Part shown: positions 47,837 to 57,148 of the stretch, piece by piece | How the letters are laid out: every line of letters starts with the position of its first letter | How positions within the stretch are numbered: the first letter of the stretch is position 1 | DNA from: a virus | Lineage: Duplodnaviria > Caudoviricetes | Virus record (IMG/VR): IMGVR_UViG_3300033148_006757 | Location: 1 to 57,747 of that record | Length of the DNA: 57,747 bases | Strand: one strand, 5' to 3' | The notes under the pieces: model-generated | What the model saw: only the letters and a program-made list of their open reading frames with translations | What the model was told of the DNA's origin: nothing | Database searches by the model: none | Program-made: the position numbers and the translations under genes

Positions 47837-49750
47837 GTGAATAAGTCTGAAACTCCTCTGATAATAGTTCTTGATCTAGAGACAACATCTTTGGATACGG
47901 AAGAAGCTGTTATTAAGACTGCCGGAGTATGGTCGAATAAGACGGACAAAATAGTATATCTATATGAGAAAGATCTACCCCTACTTAAAAAGGCGATACG
48001 GAAAGCGGATTTTGTAGTTACTTTTAATGGGGAACGATATGATATCCCCGTCTTATTAAACCAAAAGAATCAAGTTCTAAAGTACGAGTCCTCTATAAAG
48101 AGGAAACATATCGATTTATACCCAATAGTAAAGAAACGCGCCGGCATGTTCGGCCAGCATGTCTTTAAAGGAGGGTTCTCTTTAGACGCCATATGTAAAG
48201 CTCTAAAGATAGGAGATAAGATAGATGACTTCGACTACAGTATACTCCAGAAGGAGGTCTTTACTCCTGAGGATAAGGCTGAGATAGAACGATATCTAAA
48301 AGTAGATATAGAGCTCACTCGGGATCTTTTCCTTTTCTTAGAGGACATGTTTGAAGCCTTCAAACAATTCCTTCCTGAGAAAGACGTCCTAAAAAAGAAT
48401 TACATCAAATCCTCTCCAGGTTCTCTGGCATATAAAGTTATATGTCATTTAGCCGGATTGCCGGAATTGTATAAAGATGGTGATAGGGGAGATGATGATG
48501 ATGGCGTAGATGATTCCTTTAAAGGAGGAGATGTATTAGGACCATATGTCAACAGCAAGATAGGACGAATACGTCCAGTAGACTATGCTTCCGAATACCC
48601 GCACGCATTTATGCAGGCTAATTTATTTAGTCCGTGTAAGCATTGCATTAAAGGTGAATGTGAATATAGATATGAAGGTGGAACTATCAATAACTCTTGT
48701 ACGCTTTCACTATATGGCTCATATTGTACTAAAAACGGAATGGGTTTATTAGAAAGAACTCTTCAGAAAATGTACTTAATGCGGATCGACGCCAAGAAGG
48801 AAGTCAAGAAATATAAAAAATTATTGAAAGATAAAAATCTATCAGAGGGAGAGAAGGAAGAATATATATGGTTAAAGGAGACTAAGGATGGGCTACAATA
48901 CGCTCTTAAAATATGTATCAATACCATATATGGTTTATCCTCTTCTCCTAAATTTGTATCACTATATTTCGAGAATACAGCTCCGGATTGTACCAAGATT
49001 GGTAGATTCTGGCTTAACTATCTCCATATAGAAGCTGGGAAAGCAGGATATGAGAGGTTGTATGGTGATACCGACTCCTGTTATCTAGTCGATCCTTATG
49101 AGAGTAATGAGAAGTTACAGAAGTTCTTAGACCGGGTCTTAGGAGAGTTAAAATCTATAATGCCTTTCCCCCAGGATACTTTTAAGATTGAGATCGAGGA
49201 CCCCGTTCAGTATATACAATTCTTTAAAGATAAGGATGGGGATGGGTATAAAAAGAAAATGTATATTATGCTATTGGATGATGGGACGGTTAAGGTAAAA
49301 GGACTCCCAGTCATTAAATCTGATAGTTCCCTACTAGCCAGAGAGGTATGGAACAGATATCTTAAATCCCATATAGCCGAGCATAAGAATGCTATAGTCT
49401 CTAGAGATCTAATAGATGGATGGATGCAAGAGATATTGGAGGAGAATATCGAATATGCCGCTGTTGAGTTCAAGGTTAAAGAACCGGATACATATCAAAA
49501 CCCAAACCAGCTTCATGCCCAGATAGCGGCTGAATATGGAGAGGGAAGACATTTAATGATCAAGAACAAGATCGGATTGGGGGTGGGTAAATCGGTCAAT
49601 TATTTACCGGTGGAAGAGGCTAAAAAGATAGCCATGAGACATTTAGATTTATCTCGGACTTATTCGGATCTTTCAGATTTAATTTTATCAGACCAACTCA
49701 CTTTTGGAGATATTTTTGCATCAGACGACCAGACAATTATTGGAGGATAA
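47837..49750 (+). CDS. polB: family B DNA polymerase
   Basis: Exo LDLETT, FNGERYD, YLKVD; polymerase DYASEYP, KICINTIYG, YGDTDS, KKMY, VKG; PIP-like QLTFGDIF near C-terminus. Confidence 0.93.
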   Translation: MNKSETPLIIVLDLETTSLDTEEAVIKTAGVWSNKTDKIVYLYEKDLPLLKKAIRKADFVVTFNGERYDIPVLLNQKNQVLKYESSIKRKHIDLYPIVKKRAGMFGQHVFKGGFSLDAICKALKIGDKIDDFDYSILQKEVFTPEDKAEIERYLKVDIELTRDLFLFLEDMFEAFKQFLPEKDVLKKNYIKSSPGSLAYKVICHLAGLPELYKDGDRGDDDDGVDDSFKGGDVLGPYVNSKIGRIRPVDYASEYPHAFMQANLFSPCKHCIKGECEYRYEGGTINNSCTLSLYGSYCTKNGMGLLERTLQKMYLMRIDAKKEVKKYKKLLKDKNLSEGEKEEYIWLKETKDGLQYALKICINTIYGLSSSPKFVSLYFENTAPDCTKIGRFWLNYLHIEAGKAGYERLYGDTDSCYLVDPYESNEKLQKFLDRVLGELKSIMPFPQDTFKIEIEDPVQYIQFFKDKDGDGYKKKMYIMLLDDGTVKVKGLPVIKSDSSLLAREVWNRYLKSHIAEHKNAIVSRDLIDGWMQEILEENIEYAAVEFKVKEPDTYQNPNQLHAQIAAEYGEGRHLMIKNKIGLGVGKSVNYLPVEEAKKIAMRHLDLSRTYSDLSDLILSDQLTFGDIFASDDQTIIGG

Positions 49751-49752
49751 AT

Positions 49753-50271
49753 ATGACTACACGTTGGATAACAGAAGAGAATTTTTCTGAATTAGAAGGA
49801 CAGGAATTAAATACCGGCTTAAATGCCTTTGCTGAAAGCTCTGAGGACTTTGAATATCGAGTCGACTATAACTCTTTAACTCCGGCTCAGAAGAAAAAAT
49901 TACCCGGAATGGATGGGGAGTTTAAAGTGTATTGTAATGAGAAATCCCGTCCTCCTCCCTCTTTAAAACCAAGAGTGATCAAGGAGCGGTTTTATCCTAA
50001 GAAAGATATAATCCCCCTGATCAAGATGATACTAAAAGAGAAAGACCGAGATAAGGTCTTTGAAGCTCTGATGAGAGAAAAGATATCTCCTATAGTCTTA
50101 GGAATTTGGCTTATACGGCCATTTTCGGCCTCTAAAGAAGCTCTTGCGGTATTAGTAGAAGCCGAAAACTATGTATACCAGAATATCCCATATTACTTAG
50201 TAATAGCTTCTAAATTTAAACCCGGTGATCCTAACGTGCGTTTTAAATTTCCTAAAAAGATAAGAGAGTGA
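49753..50271 (+). CDS. hypothetical protein (possible replication accessory)
   Basis: GGAGG RBS; directly after polB. Confidence 0.6.
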   Translation: MTTRWITEENFSELEGQELNTGLNAFAESSEDFEYRVDYNSLTPAQKKKLPGMDGEFKVYCNEKSRPPPSLKPRVIKERFYPKKDIIPLIKMILKEKDRDKVFEALMREKISPIVLGIWLIRPFSASKEALAVLVEAENYVYQNIPYYLVIASKFKPGDPNVRFKFPKKIRE

Positions 50272-50275
50272 TATT

Positions 50276-50728
50276 ATGGAAGCCTACATAGGAGGAATAG
50301 AATTCGGGTTTGGGAGAGATACTAATAATAAAAATATCTCTGTCAATATATATTTTTCGGGATGTTCTAAAGAACCTAAATGTCCGGGATGCCATAATCC
50401 TCATTTATGGAAGAAGGAAAATGGGATTCTGATGACTCTCACTTATTTGAAAGAATATATAAAAATCCAATCAACCTTAGCAGATGCTCTGGTATTCCTG
50501 GGAGGAGAACCACTAGATCAGGAATTAGCCGTTTTAGAACTAGCTGTAGTGGCTGATGATTATGGAATGAATACCTATCTATATACCGGGAAAGAAGGGG
50601 ATGAGGTTTCCGAGATAGTGAAAGATACTATAGATGTCATCATATCCGGACCATATATCAGTGAACTAGCCAATCCGATGGGAACATGGCCCCCATCTAA
50701 GAACCAAGTGATAACCAGGAAAGAATAA
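50276..50728 (+). CDS. nrdG: anaerobic RNR activating enzyme (radical SAM)
   Basis: FSGCSKEPKCPGCHNP, LGGEPL, YTG, SGPY, SKNQ; adjacent to nrdD. Confidence 0.88.
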   Translation: MEAYIGGIEFGFGRDTNNKNISVNIYFSGCSKEPKCPGCHNPHLWKKENGILMTLTYLKEYIKIQSTLADALVFLGGEPLDQELAVLELAVVADDYGMNTYLYTGKEGDEVSEIVKDTIDVIISGPYISELANPMGTWPPSKNQVITRKE

Positions 50729-50729
50729 C

Positions 50730-52619
50730 ATGCTTAAGACAACAATGCACCTAGACGATGAGTTCGAGAATCTATATAACGTTATAAATCGGTCTGAGGA
50801 TGGAAAGAAATTATTGAATCTGACCGGAATAGGACGGGAACAATTGGATGTAGGTTATCTATCTCACGCCTATTTCCAAGAACATTGGGATGAAACCAGC
50901 ACTGACCCAAATGCAAATGCAAATAATATGGGGCCCATTAACTACGGGTTGGAAATATCCAAACCCCAGTTAAAATTGATAGGCTTGTATTTACTTCACC
51001 GATATGCTAGAAAAGACTTTTCGATAGAATATGCGGATAGGCTATTGAAAAATCTGGTTAAGGGAGACTACTATTTCCATGATGCTAGCGGAGTAGGTAT
51101 TCAGCAAGCTTATTGTTATGCCTATTCTACCCAGTGGGTAATGAATAATGGAATTCCTTGGGGCCAATTAAAATCATTGCCTCCTAAAAAAGCATCCAGC
51201 TATATAGCCCAAGTTGTTGAAACTACAATGGAGATGAGTATGGAATATGCTGGTGCTATAGCTCCCGCAGATGTTCTTGTACATTATGCCTATTATTCCA
51301 AGAAAGAGGGCTTATCCCATAAAGAGATAGAGAATCATCTGCAGTCCCTGGTACATATATTTAACAAACAATTCCGACCCGGCGGACAATCACCCTTCAC
51401 GAATATCAGTATATTCGACAGGCCTAATCTAGAATCCTTATTCGGCCATATATACTATGAGGATGGTTCTAGCCCGGATTATGATGAGATAATGAAAGTA
51501 CAGAGGATATTTCTGAGATGGTTCTGCAAAGGGGATCCATCAACAGGATTACCATATCGATTCCCTATCGTCACCACAAACTTTGCTCTAGGCCCGGATA
51601 AGAACATATTGGACGATGGTTTTCTATCTGAGATAGCCGAGTATAATACTGGGTTAGGGTGTCTAAATATTCATTCCGGAACTCATGGAAAACTAGCCAT
51701 GTGTTGCCGCTTTATAAATGATCCGAAGCGAATGAGACAATTCAAAACAGATACTTTTGGGAATGGCGGATTAAATATAGGTTCTCATAGAGTGATTGCT
51801 TTAGGGCTACCCCGAATCGCTTATGAGGCTAAAGGCAATTGGAAAAAGTATATGGAGATTCTAGGGAGAAGAATGGAAGAGGTGAGAGACCTTTTAGTAA
51901 TTCATAGAGAGAGAATATTAGGGAAGAGGATAGAGCAGAATTTCTTGAAGAGTTTCCAATATAATTTGGCTCATCCTAGTCATTTCTTTTCCACCTTCGG
52001 CTTTGTGGGGTTGTATGAAGCTATTTCGGCCATGGGTTTGGATGTATCTTCTGAAGAGGGATTCAATAGAGCTAAAGAAATCACTATGTTTATGGATCTG
52101 TTGGCAGCTGAGTATTCAGAGGAATTGGGGTATGCCTTCAATACCGAAGAGATACCCGCAGAAGGAGCTGCCGTGACACTGTGTCGTAAGGATAAAATAT
52201 TACATCCTGACGATGTAAAAGTGGACATCTATTCCAATCAATTCTTCCCCCTGCATTTAGACATACCTCTATTAGAACGTATATCTAAAACTGGGAAACT
52301 AATGGAAGGAGTATCAGGAGGATCCATATTGCATATCAACATAAATGAGAAGATCGAGAATCCAGCCATAATGGAGACCCTCATGAGACAGATTATAAAA
52401 GAGGGGGTGAATCACTTCGGAATTAATTATGGATTTAGCATATGTCCGAAAGACTCCGGCCACAATTCTGCAGGAATTCATCAAGAGTGTCCTATATGCG
52501 GAGAAACTATAGAAGATTGGATGACACGGGTAGTCGGGTATTTCGTGCCTGTGAGTAAGTGGAATCCGACCAGAAGAGAGATAGACTTTAAGGGTAGACA
52601 ATGGTATAAGGAGGTATGA
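50730..52619 (+). CDS. nrdD: class III anaerobic ribonucleoside-triphosphate reductase (no ATP cone)
   Basis: YFHD, YCYA, QSPFTN, FPIVT, MCCR, PAEG, SGGSI, CPICG, RVVGY. Confidence 0.93.
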   Translation: MLKTTMHLDDEFENLYNVINRSEDGKKLLNLTGIGREQLDVGYLSHAYFQEHWDETSTDPNANANNMGPINYGLEISKPQLKLIGLYLLHRYARKDFSIEYADRLLKNLVKGDYYFHDASGVGIQQAYCYAYSTQWVMNNGIPWGQLKSLPPKKASSYIAQVVETTMEMSMEYAGAIAPADVLVHYAYYSKKEGLSHKEIENHLQSLVHIFNKQFRPGGQSPFTNISIFDRPNLESLFGHIYYEDGSSPDYDEIMKVQRIFLRWFCKGDPSTGLPYRFPIVTTNFALGPDKNILDDGFLSEIAEYNTGLGCLNIHSGTHGKLAMCCRFINDPKRMRQFKTDTFGNGGLNIGSHRVIALGLPRIAYEAKGNWKKYMEILGRRMEEVRDLLVIHRERILGKRIEQNFLKSFQYNLAHPSHFFSTFGFVGLYEAISAMGLDVSSEEGFNRAKEITMFMDLLAAEYSEELGYAFNTEEIPAEGAAVTLCRKDKILHPDDVKVDIYSNQFFPLHLDIPLLERISKTGKLMEGVSGGSILHININEKIENPAIMETLMRQIIKEGVNHFGINYGFSICPKDSGHNSAGIHQECPICGETIEDWMTRVVGYFVPVSKWNPTRREIDFKGRQWYKEV

Positions 52620-52623
52620 TAAT

Positions 52624-52953
52624 ATGAGTGGCGTAGATATTGAGTATGGAGAGCATTCCCTATCCGAGATAGGGGGTAGAATAGAAGAGATAATGAAAAA
52701 ATATTATCCAGAAAGTACAGATCAGATTGTGCCGGAGGTGATTGATGAGCTCTTAGAAGCTGTTACAGAATCATTCAATCTGAAATCCGTCGATCTGAAA
52801 CTAAAGGATCTTATTGTAGTTTCTGATAACACTCCCCAGGGGACCTGTGTAATGCTGGGAGAAGAGGAAAGGAAAAGGATATCTAATATCCGAGCCATAG
52901 AGTGGGATATAAAGTCTGATGAGATGGGCACATTAAGGATTGAACTGATATGA
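52624..52953 (+). CDS. hypothetical protein
   Basis: GGAGGT RBS; coupled to next gene. Confidence 0.65.
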   Translation: MSGVDIEYGEHSLSEIGGRIEEIMKKYYPESTDQIVPEVIDELLEAVTESFNLKSVDLKLKDLIVVSDNTPQGTCVMLGEEERKRISNIRAIEWDIKSDEMGTLRIELI

Positions 52954-53489
52954 GGATAATAGGAATAAGTGGGAGAGCTCATGCCGGTAAGGATACAGTG
53001 GCTGATATGCTGGTGGAGAAATACGGCTTTATTAAAATAGCCTTTGCGGATAGTCTGAAGGAAATGGTCCAGTACCATTATGGTTTTAAAAGAGAGGATT
53101 TATGGACCGATTATAAGACAAAAGAGGTCCGAAGGATATTACAAGGAACCGGGGAAATGATTAAAAGTTTAGAGGGAGATGATTTCTGGATACGTCAGGT
53201 GCAACAGAGAATAGTCTATAGAACTATGACCACTAAAGAAATCCCCCGAGTTGTGATATCCGATGTCCGATTCGCTAACGAAAAACGGTATGTAAAAGAA
53301 TGGTCGGGCATAACTATAAGGATAGATAGACCTGATACTGACGTAGTGGAATTCAATCCTGAGCATGTATCTGAACAAGAACTCAGTGGCTTTGATTATA
53401 TCGTAGATAATCGACAGGGTATAGCAGAATTAGAATGGAAAATAGATGAAGTAATGAAAAATGAAATCATATCCCCGGTCTCTAAGTGA
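52950..53489 (+). CDS. deoxynucleoside monophosphate kinase (T4 gp1-like)
   Basis: GISGRAHAGKDT, AFADSLK, RRILQGTG, ISDVRFANE, HVSE. Confidence 0.88.
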   Translation: MRIIGISGRAHAGKDTVADMLVEKYGFIKIAFADSLKEMVQYHYGFKREDLWTDYKTKEVRRILQGTGEMIKSLEGDDFWIRQVQQRIVYRTMTTKEIPRVVISDVRFANEKRYVKEWSGITIRIDRPDTDVVEFNPEHVSEQELSGFDYIVDNRQGIAELEWKIDEVMKNEIISPVSK

Positions 53490-54124
53490 TCATGCAATTG
53501 GAATCATTCACTTTTTTAGACCTTGTACTAGAAAAAGGCGAGGTAAGCATGGAGAAGGAAAGATGTCTAGACATACCTAAAGAAATATATAGTGGCCAGA
53601 TAGTGGTGAGGAGAATTAAAGAGGAGGGATACTATCTATCGGCCAATCTCTTTCTGGAACAAGAGATCCAGAGGATTATGAAGTCAGCTTTAACTAACAA
53701 GATGAGAAGAGCATATCAGATATCAGGAACTAGAGAACCTTATGTCATAGAGAGAATGCTAGAACGAATAGAGGATATAGAATACAACTCCCTAGTAGAT
53801 AATTCTCAGGCATGGAAAACATTATTAGAGACTGGCAAGTATATGGAAACTACACCCCAGTTTTCGCCATCATTAGATTTTTTGATATATCATAAGGTCC
53901 TGGAGTATGAATGTGAAGGATATTATTCCCCCCATATAGAATGGATAAACCAGATAAAAAAGAACCACATCTTATCCTTCGATAAAGCGGGGGGAATTAT
54001 AAAATGTAATGATCCTACCGTGATAAATAATTGGATGACTTCTCTAGGCTATGTATTTGAAAGGGATAAATACATCCTTTCAGAATCAGAGCGCCTAAGT
54101 ACCCCTATATTTCTAACGGCATAG
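53486..54124 (+). CDS. hypothetical protein
   Basis: 212-aa coupled ORF. Confidence 0.6.
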   Translation: MIMQLESFTFLDLVLEKGEVSMEKERCLDIPKEIYSGQIVVRRIKEEGYYLSANLFLEQEIQRIMKSALTNKMRRAYQISGTREPYVIERMLERIEDIEYNSLVDNSQAWKTLLETGKYMETTPQFSPSLDFLIYHKVLEYECEGYYSPHIEWINQIKKNHILSFDKAGGIIKCNDPTVINNWMTSLGYVFERDKYILSESERLSTPIFLTA

Positions 54125-54130
54125 GATATG

Positions 54131-54165
54131 GAAAAAGTATATAAAGGAATAAGACGTACTAGTAG
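54131..54165 (+). promoter_or_regulatory. TATA promoter with AAGACGTACTA motif
   Basis: GAAAAAGTATATAAAGGAATAAGACGTACTAGT. Confidence 0.7.
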
Positions 54166-54202
54166 TTACAGAGAATAGTTAATTAGATAAAGAGGAATCG
54201 AA

Positions 54203-54613
54203 ATGGTATATATCGAAGCAAAAGATGAGGTCCCTGAGGATCTGACAAAAAGACTGGAAGAACTATCGGATAGCCTATTGATATTGAAGAATGCTGAGAA
54301 GGAAATAAAAAGCAAGATCGATATCAAACGTGGGGAATTCGAGATGATAACGGAGAAATATGGGGTTGGAATGGTAGAGACTGATACCAGTACTGCCTCT
54401 ATCAGCACCAGTGAACGATTCTCCAAGTGGAATGATCTCGAGAGGGTATTCGAAAAGATCCCGAGAAGGATGCAGACCATCAAAACTATGACCCCAGATG
54501 TCAAGAAGATCCGGGCCTTAGTAAACAATGGTAAACTCCCAGAGGAGATCCTGGAATTGGCCAAAATAACCACAATCACCAGGATGAGTTTCAAGGCTAC
54601 CGAAGAGGAATAA
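54203..54613 (+). CDS. coiled-coil protein, weakly Gam/gp157-like
   Basis: N-terminal coiled coil then PDVKKIRALV..G.LP; family assignment weak. Confidence 0.45.
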   Translation: MVYIEAKDEVPEDLTKRLEELSDSLLILKNAEKEIKSKIDIKRGEFEMITEKYGVGMVETDTSTASISTSERFSKWNDLERVFEKIPRRMQTIKTMTPDVKKIRALVNNGKLPEEILELAKITTITRMSFKATEEE

Positions 54614-54616
54614 CCA

Positions 54617-54937
54617 ATGGGAAGACCAAAAGCAGATGGATCTAGTGGGGGGGAAACCTCCCAAGAGAGTCTGGTATGCAGAATCGGTAAATGGGAAGTC
54701 AGGGTAGATAACCGGAATTATACTGTTGGATATAGAGAAGATCCTAATCAGAGATACCTGTATCAGATGCAGTTCTGCGCTTCTCTTAAAGAAGCATTTA
54801 GGAATCTATCTCGAAGAATACTCACTGACAAGTTTATTAACAACAATCTTCCAGAGACCGAGAGAACATTGGCAGGAGCTATCCAGATGATTGAAGAACA
54901 TGATGCATGGATAGAGGAATTAACTATGGGGTATTGA
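54617..54937 (+). CDS. hypothetical protein
   Basis: GAGG RBS; operon context. Confidence 0.65.
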   Translation: MGRPKADGSSGGETSQESLVCRIGKWEVRVDNRNYTVGYREDPNQRYLYQMQFCASLKEAFRNLSRRILTDKFINNNLPETERTLAGAIQMIEEHDAWIEELTMGY

Positions 54938-54938
54938 T

Positions 54939-55133
54939 ATGAGTATATTAATAGATCCTAACTACGACCTGTTTGTAAAGATCTTATTTGCATTATGGGT
55001 CTTAAAAGGACTGGTTAACGCTGGAAATGGAGTGATGGGCACAGTAATTCTGGTGCGAGATTCACATGGAGGCCTGGAGATAATAGCGGCCTTAATCATG
55101 TTTATAGTAGTTATTGTAGTACTAACATTATGA
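54939..55133 (+). CDS. two-TM membrane protein
   Basis: Two hydrophobic stretches. Confidence 0.6.
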   Translation: MSILIDPNYDLFVKILFALWVLKGLVNAGNGVMGTVILVRDSHGGLEIIAALIMFIVVIVVLTL

Positions 55134-55142
55134 GGTATTAAG

Positions 55143-55301
55143 ATGGGAAAGAAACACGGAAAGAATGGGAAGGCTAAGGGTAGGATAAAGGGATGGAATG
55201 GAACATCCTTTTTTGTACCGATCTGGATGCAGAAGAAAGATAAGGCGAGATCAAAAAAGGAGGAGAGATTAAAATATGGACCTGACATCCCCTCGGTTTA
55301 A
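55143..55301 (+). CDS. small basic protein (52 aa)
   Basis: Manually translated MGKKHGKNGKAKGRIKGWNGTSFFVPIW...; GAGGT RBS. Confidence 0.5.
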   Translation: MGKKHGKNGKAKGRIKGWNGTSFFVPIWMQKKDKARSKKEERLKYGPDIPSV

Positions 55302-55446
55302 CCAGAGAGATCTAACTCTTGATGAGAGTAAGGTCTTATTCAGAGACTGGATTGAAATGCTTACGAAGGATTACGTAGATTCAAAGAACGCCAGATTCCA
55401 GATGAGAGTAACCAAGGAAGGAGTTATAATCGGGTCGATACAATGA
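55276..55446 (+). CDS. small hypothetical protein (56 aa)
   Basis: Manually translated MDLTSPRFNQRDLTLDESKVLFRDW...; GGAGGAG RBS; stop overlaps next ATG. Confidence 0.55.
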   Translation: MDLTSPRFNQRDLTLDESKVLFRDWIEMLTKDYVDSKNARFQMRVTKEGVIIGSIQ

Positions 55447-55718
55447 AGAGATATAATCAGATGTGGAATGAGATCCCTATGCATAAGAGACCAAGACCAG
55501 GAGAAGTGTATATGTGTCTAGATCCTCAAAAGAGATTAGGGGAAGGTACATGGTCAGTCTCTATTATGAGTGGAGGAGTCGGGAATCAATGGAATGATAA
55601 CATTCAACTGGGATTATTCTGGAAAGAAGAGGTAGCGGAAATGTTCGCTAAAATGGCTGGGATGATAGATAAGGTCAAAGAACTCCAAATAGAAAGAGGA
55701 TGGGTGTTTAAAAGATGA
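55443..55718 (+). CDS. hypothetical protein
   Basis: Coupled ORF. Confidence 0.6.
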   Translation: MKRYNQMWNEIPMHKRPRPGEVYMCLDPQKRLGEGTWSVSIMSGGVGNQWNDNIQLGLFWKEEVAEMFAKMAGMIDKVKELQIERGWVFKR

Positions 55719-56011
55719 AATCGAAAGTTAGAGGGAGACCCGGGGCTGTCCCGAATGAACTTCTCATCCGACCTACTCCAGGAATTCGACTGGAAGATAT
55801 GGCTATAGGTGATAGAGTATCATATATACATCCATCCGGAGGAGGACAGCATATAGGTACAGTCACAGATATCACTAGTAGAGGTATCATTAGGACTAAG
55901 GATTGGGTAGAGGATAAGCTCAATATAGTGACAGCTAATGTTCGAGTGATATGGAAAACAGATGGGGGAGAATGGGTCCGGCAACCATTATACCGGGAGG
56001 AATCAGAATGA
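55715..56011 (+). CDS. hypothetical protein, possible SH3-like beta barrel
   Basis: MAIGDRVSY...HIGTVTDI. Confidence 0.55.
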   Translation: MKSKVRGRPGAVPNELLIRPTPGIRLEDMAIGDRVSYIHPSGGGQHIGTVTDITSRGIIRTKDWVEDKLNIVTANVRVIWKTDGGEWVRQPLYREESE

Positions 56012-56934
56012 AGCATAAATTCAGATCGATAAACTTACATCAGGCCAGCATGCTAAAGTTGTCCATGATCGATAAAATCATCCAGGAATACTTAGCAGAT
56101 GGCTATAAACTCACGGTGAGACAATTATTCTACCAGATGGTAGGTAGGGGATTGATCGAGAATGACCAGAAAGAGTATAGGAAGATCAGCAGTCTCGTCG
56201 TCCTGGGAAGAATGGGAGGATTAATCGACTTTAATGCTATTGAAGATAGGGTTAGAATCCCTAGACTACCATATTTCTGTGAGAATCCAAGGGATGCCAT
56301 AGAGGATACGATTTTAACATATCGTATAGATAGACAGGATGGTCAAGAATGGTATACTGAGGTATGGAGTGAGAAAGATGCTCTATCAGGCTTGCTCTAT
56401 GATGTGACTAGGAAATATCATGTCAACTTAGTCATAAATAGGGGTTACTCATCCTGTTCTGCTATGTATGAGGCATACGGTCGATTCGCAAAGGCTATTA
56501 CTGAGAATGGCCAGCTTGGACAGATCATATATCTAGGTGACCACGATCCTTCTGGTAAAGATATGATCAGGGATATCCAGGACCGGATGAATGAATTCGG
56601 GATAGGTAAATACATAGATGTGATCCCTGTGGCTCTCACTATGGAACAGATCGAGAAATATGATCCTCCTCCTTACTTCGCTAAGATCAAAGATCCCCGG
56701 GCCAAATGGTACATGGCTGAATTCGGGGATGTAGCTTGGGAGGTAGATGCTCTGACTCCACAGGTTCTAAAAAAAGTACTGGAAGATGCTATCACCGATA
56801 GGATGGATTTAAATCTATATATGGGGAGGCTAGAACAGGAAGAGAAAGATATTAAAGAGTTGAATGGGTTAGGTGACTTGGATAGAGGAAACTCTGGTGG
56901 AAGCATATGGGGATCCAGAGAAAGATTTTATTGA
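56008..56934 (+). CDS. Topo VI-A/Spo11-like winged-helix plus TOPRIM protein (DUF2399-like)
   Basis: LTVRQLFY, EVWSEKDAL, RGYSS, YLGDHDPSG, WEVDAL; start at ATG 56008 behind GGAGG. Confidence 0.8.
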   Translation: MKHKFRSINLHQASMLKLSMIDKIIQEYLADGYKLTVRQLFYQMVGRGLIENDQKEYRKISSLVVLGRMGGLIDFNAIEDRVRIPRLPYFCENPRDAIEDTILTYRIDRQDGQEWYTEVWSEKDALSGLLYDVTRKYHVNLVINRGYSSCSAMYEAYGRFAKAITENGQLGQIIYLGDHDPSGKDMIRDIQDRMNEFGIGKYIDVIPVALTMEQIEKYDPPPYFAKIKDPRAKWYMAEFGDVAWEVDALTPQVLKKVLEDAITDRMDLNLYMGRLEQEEKDIKELNGLGDLDRGNSGGSIWGSRERFY

Positions 56935-56955
56935 ATATAAAGAGGTGAAAATTAA

Positions 56956-57138
56956 ATGGGAACGCTAGAGGATTATGATGCCTTCCTTCAGTTTTATCAT
57001 AGAAGGATGAGGGAGGCCTGGTATCAGGCCTTCTGGATAAGGGTCCGGATTTGGATATGGGATCATGAGCTTTCATTAGTATTAATATCGGTCGGGAGCA
57101 TACTCGGAATACTATGGTATATAACTGAAATCCTGTGA
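56956..57138 (+). CDS. small membrane protein
   Basis: GAGGTGA RBS; C-terminal TM segment. Confidence 0.6.
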   Translation: MGTLEDYDAFLQFYHRRMREAWYQAFWIRVRIWIWDHELSLVLISVGSILGILWYITEIL

Positions 57139-57148
57139 ATAGGGGGCT

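Noticed and set aside
56008-56934. Wadjet defence system or complete topoisomerase VI
   Set aside because: No JetABC/SMC or Topo VI-B partner in the window
480-57076. Many antisense or overlapping ORFs in the track (e.g. 480..731, 1623..1973, 8798..9214, 24703..25029, 30128..30409, 39692..40153, 52722..53078)
   Set aside because: They are shadows of well-supported genes on the opposite strand and lack RBSs or recognisable motifs
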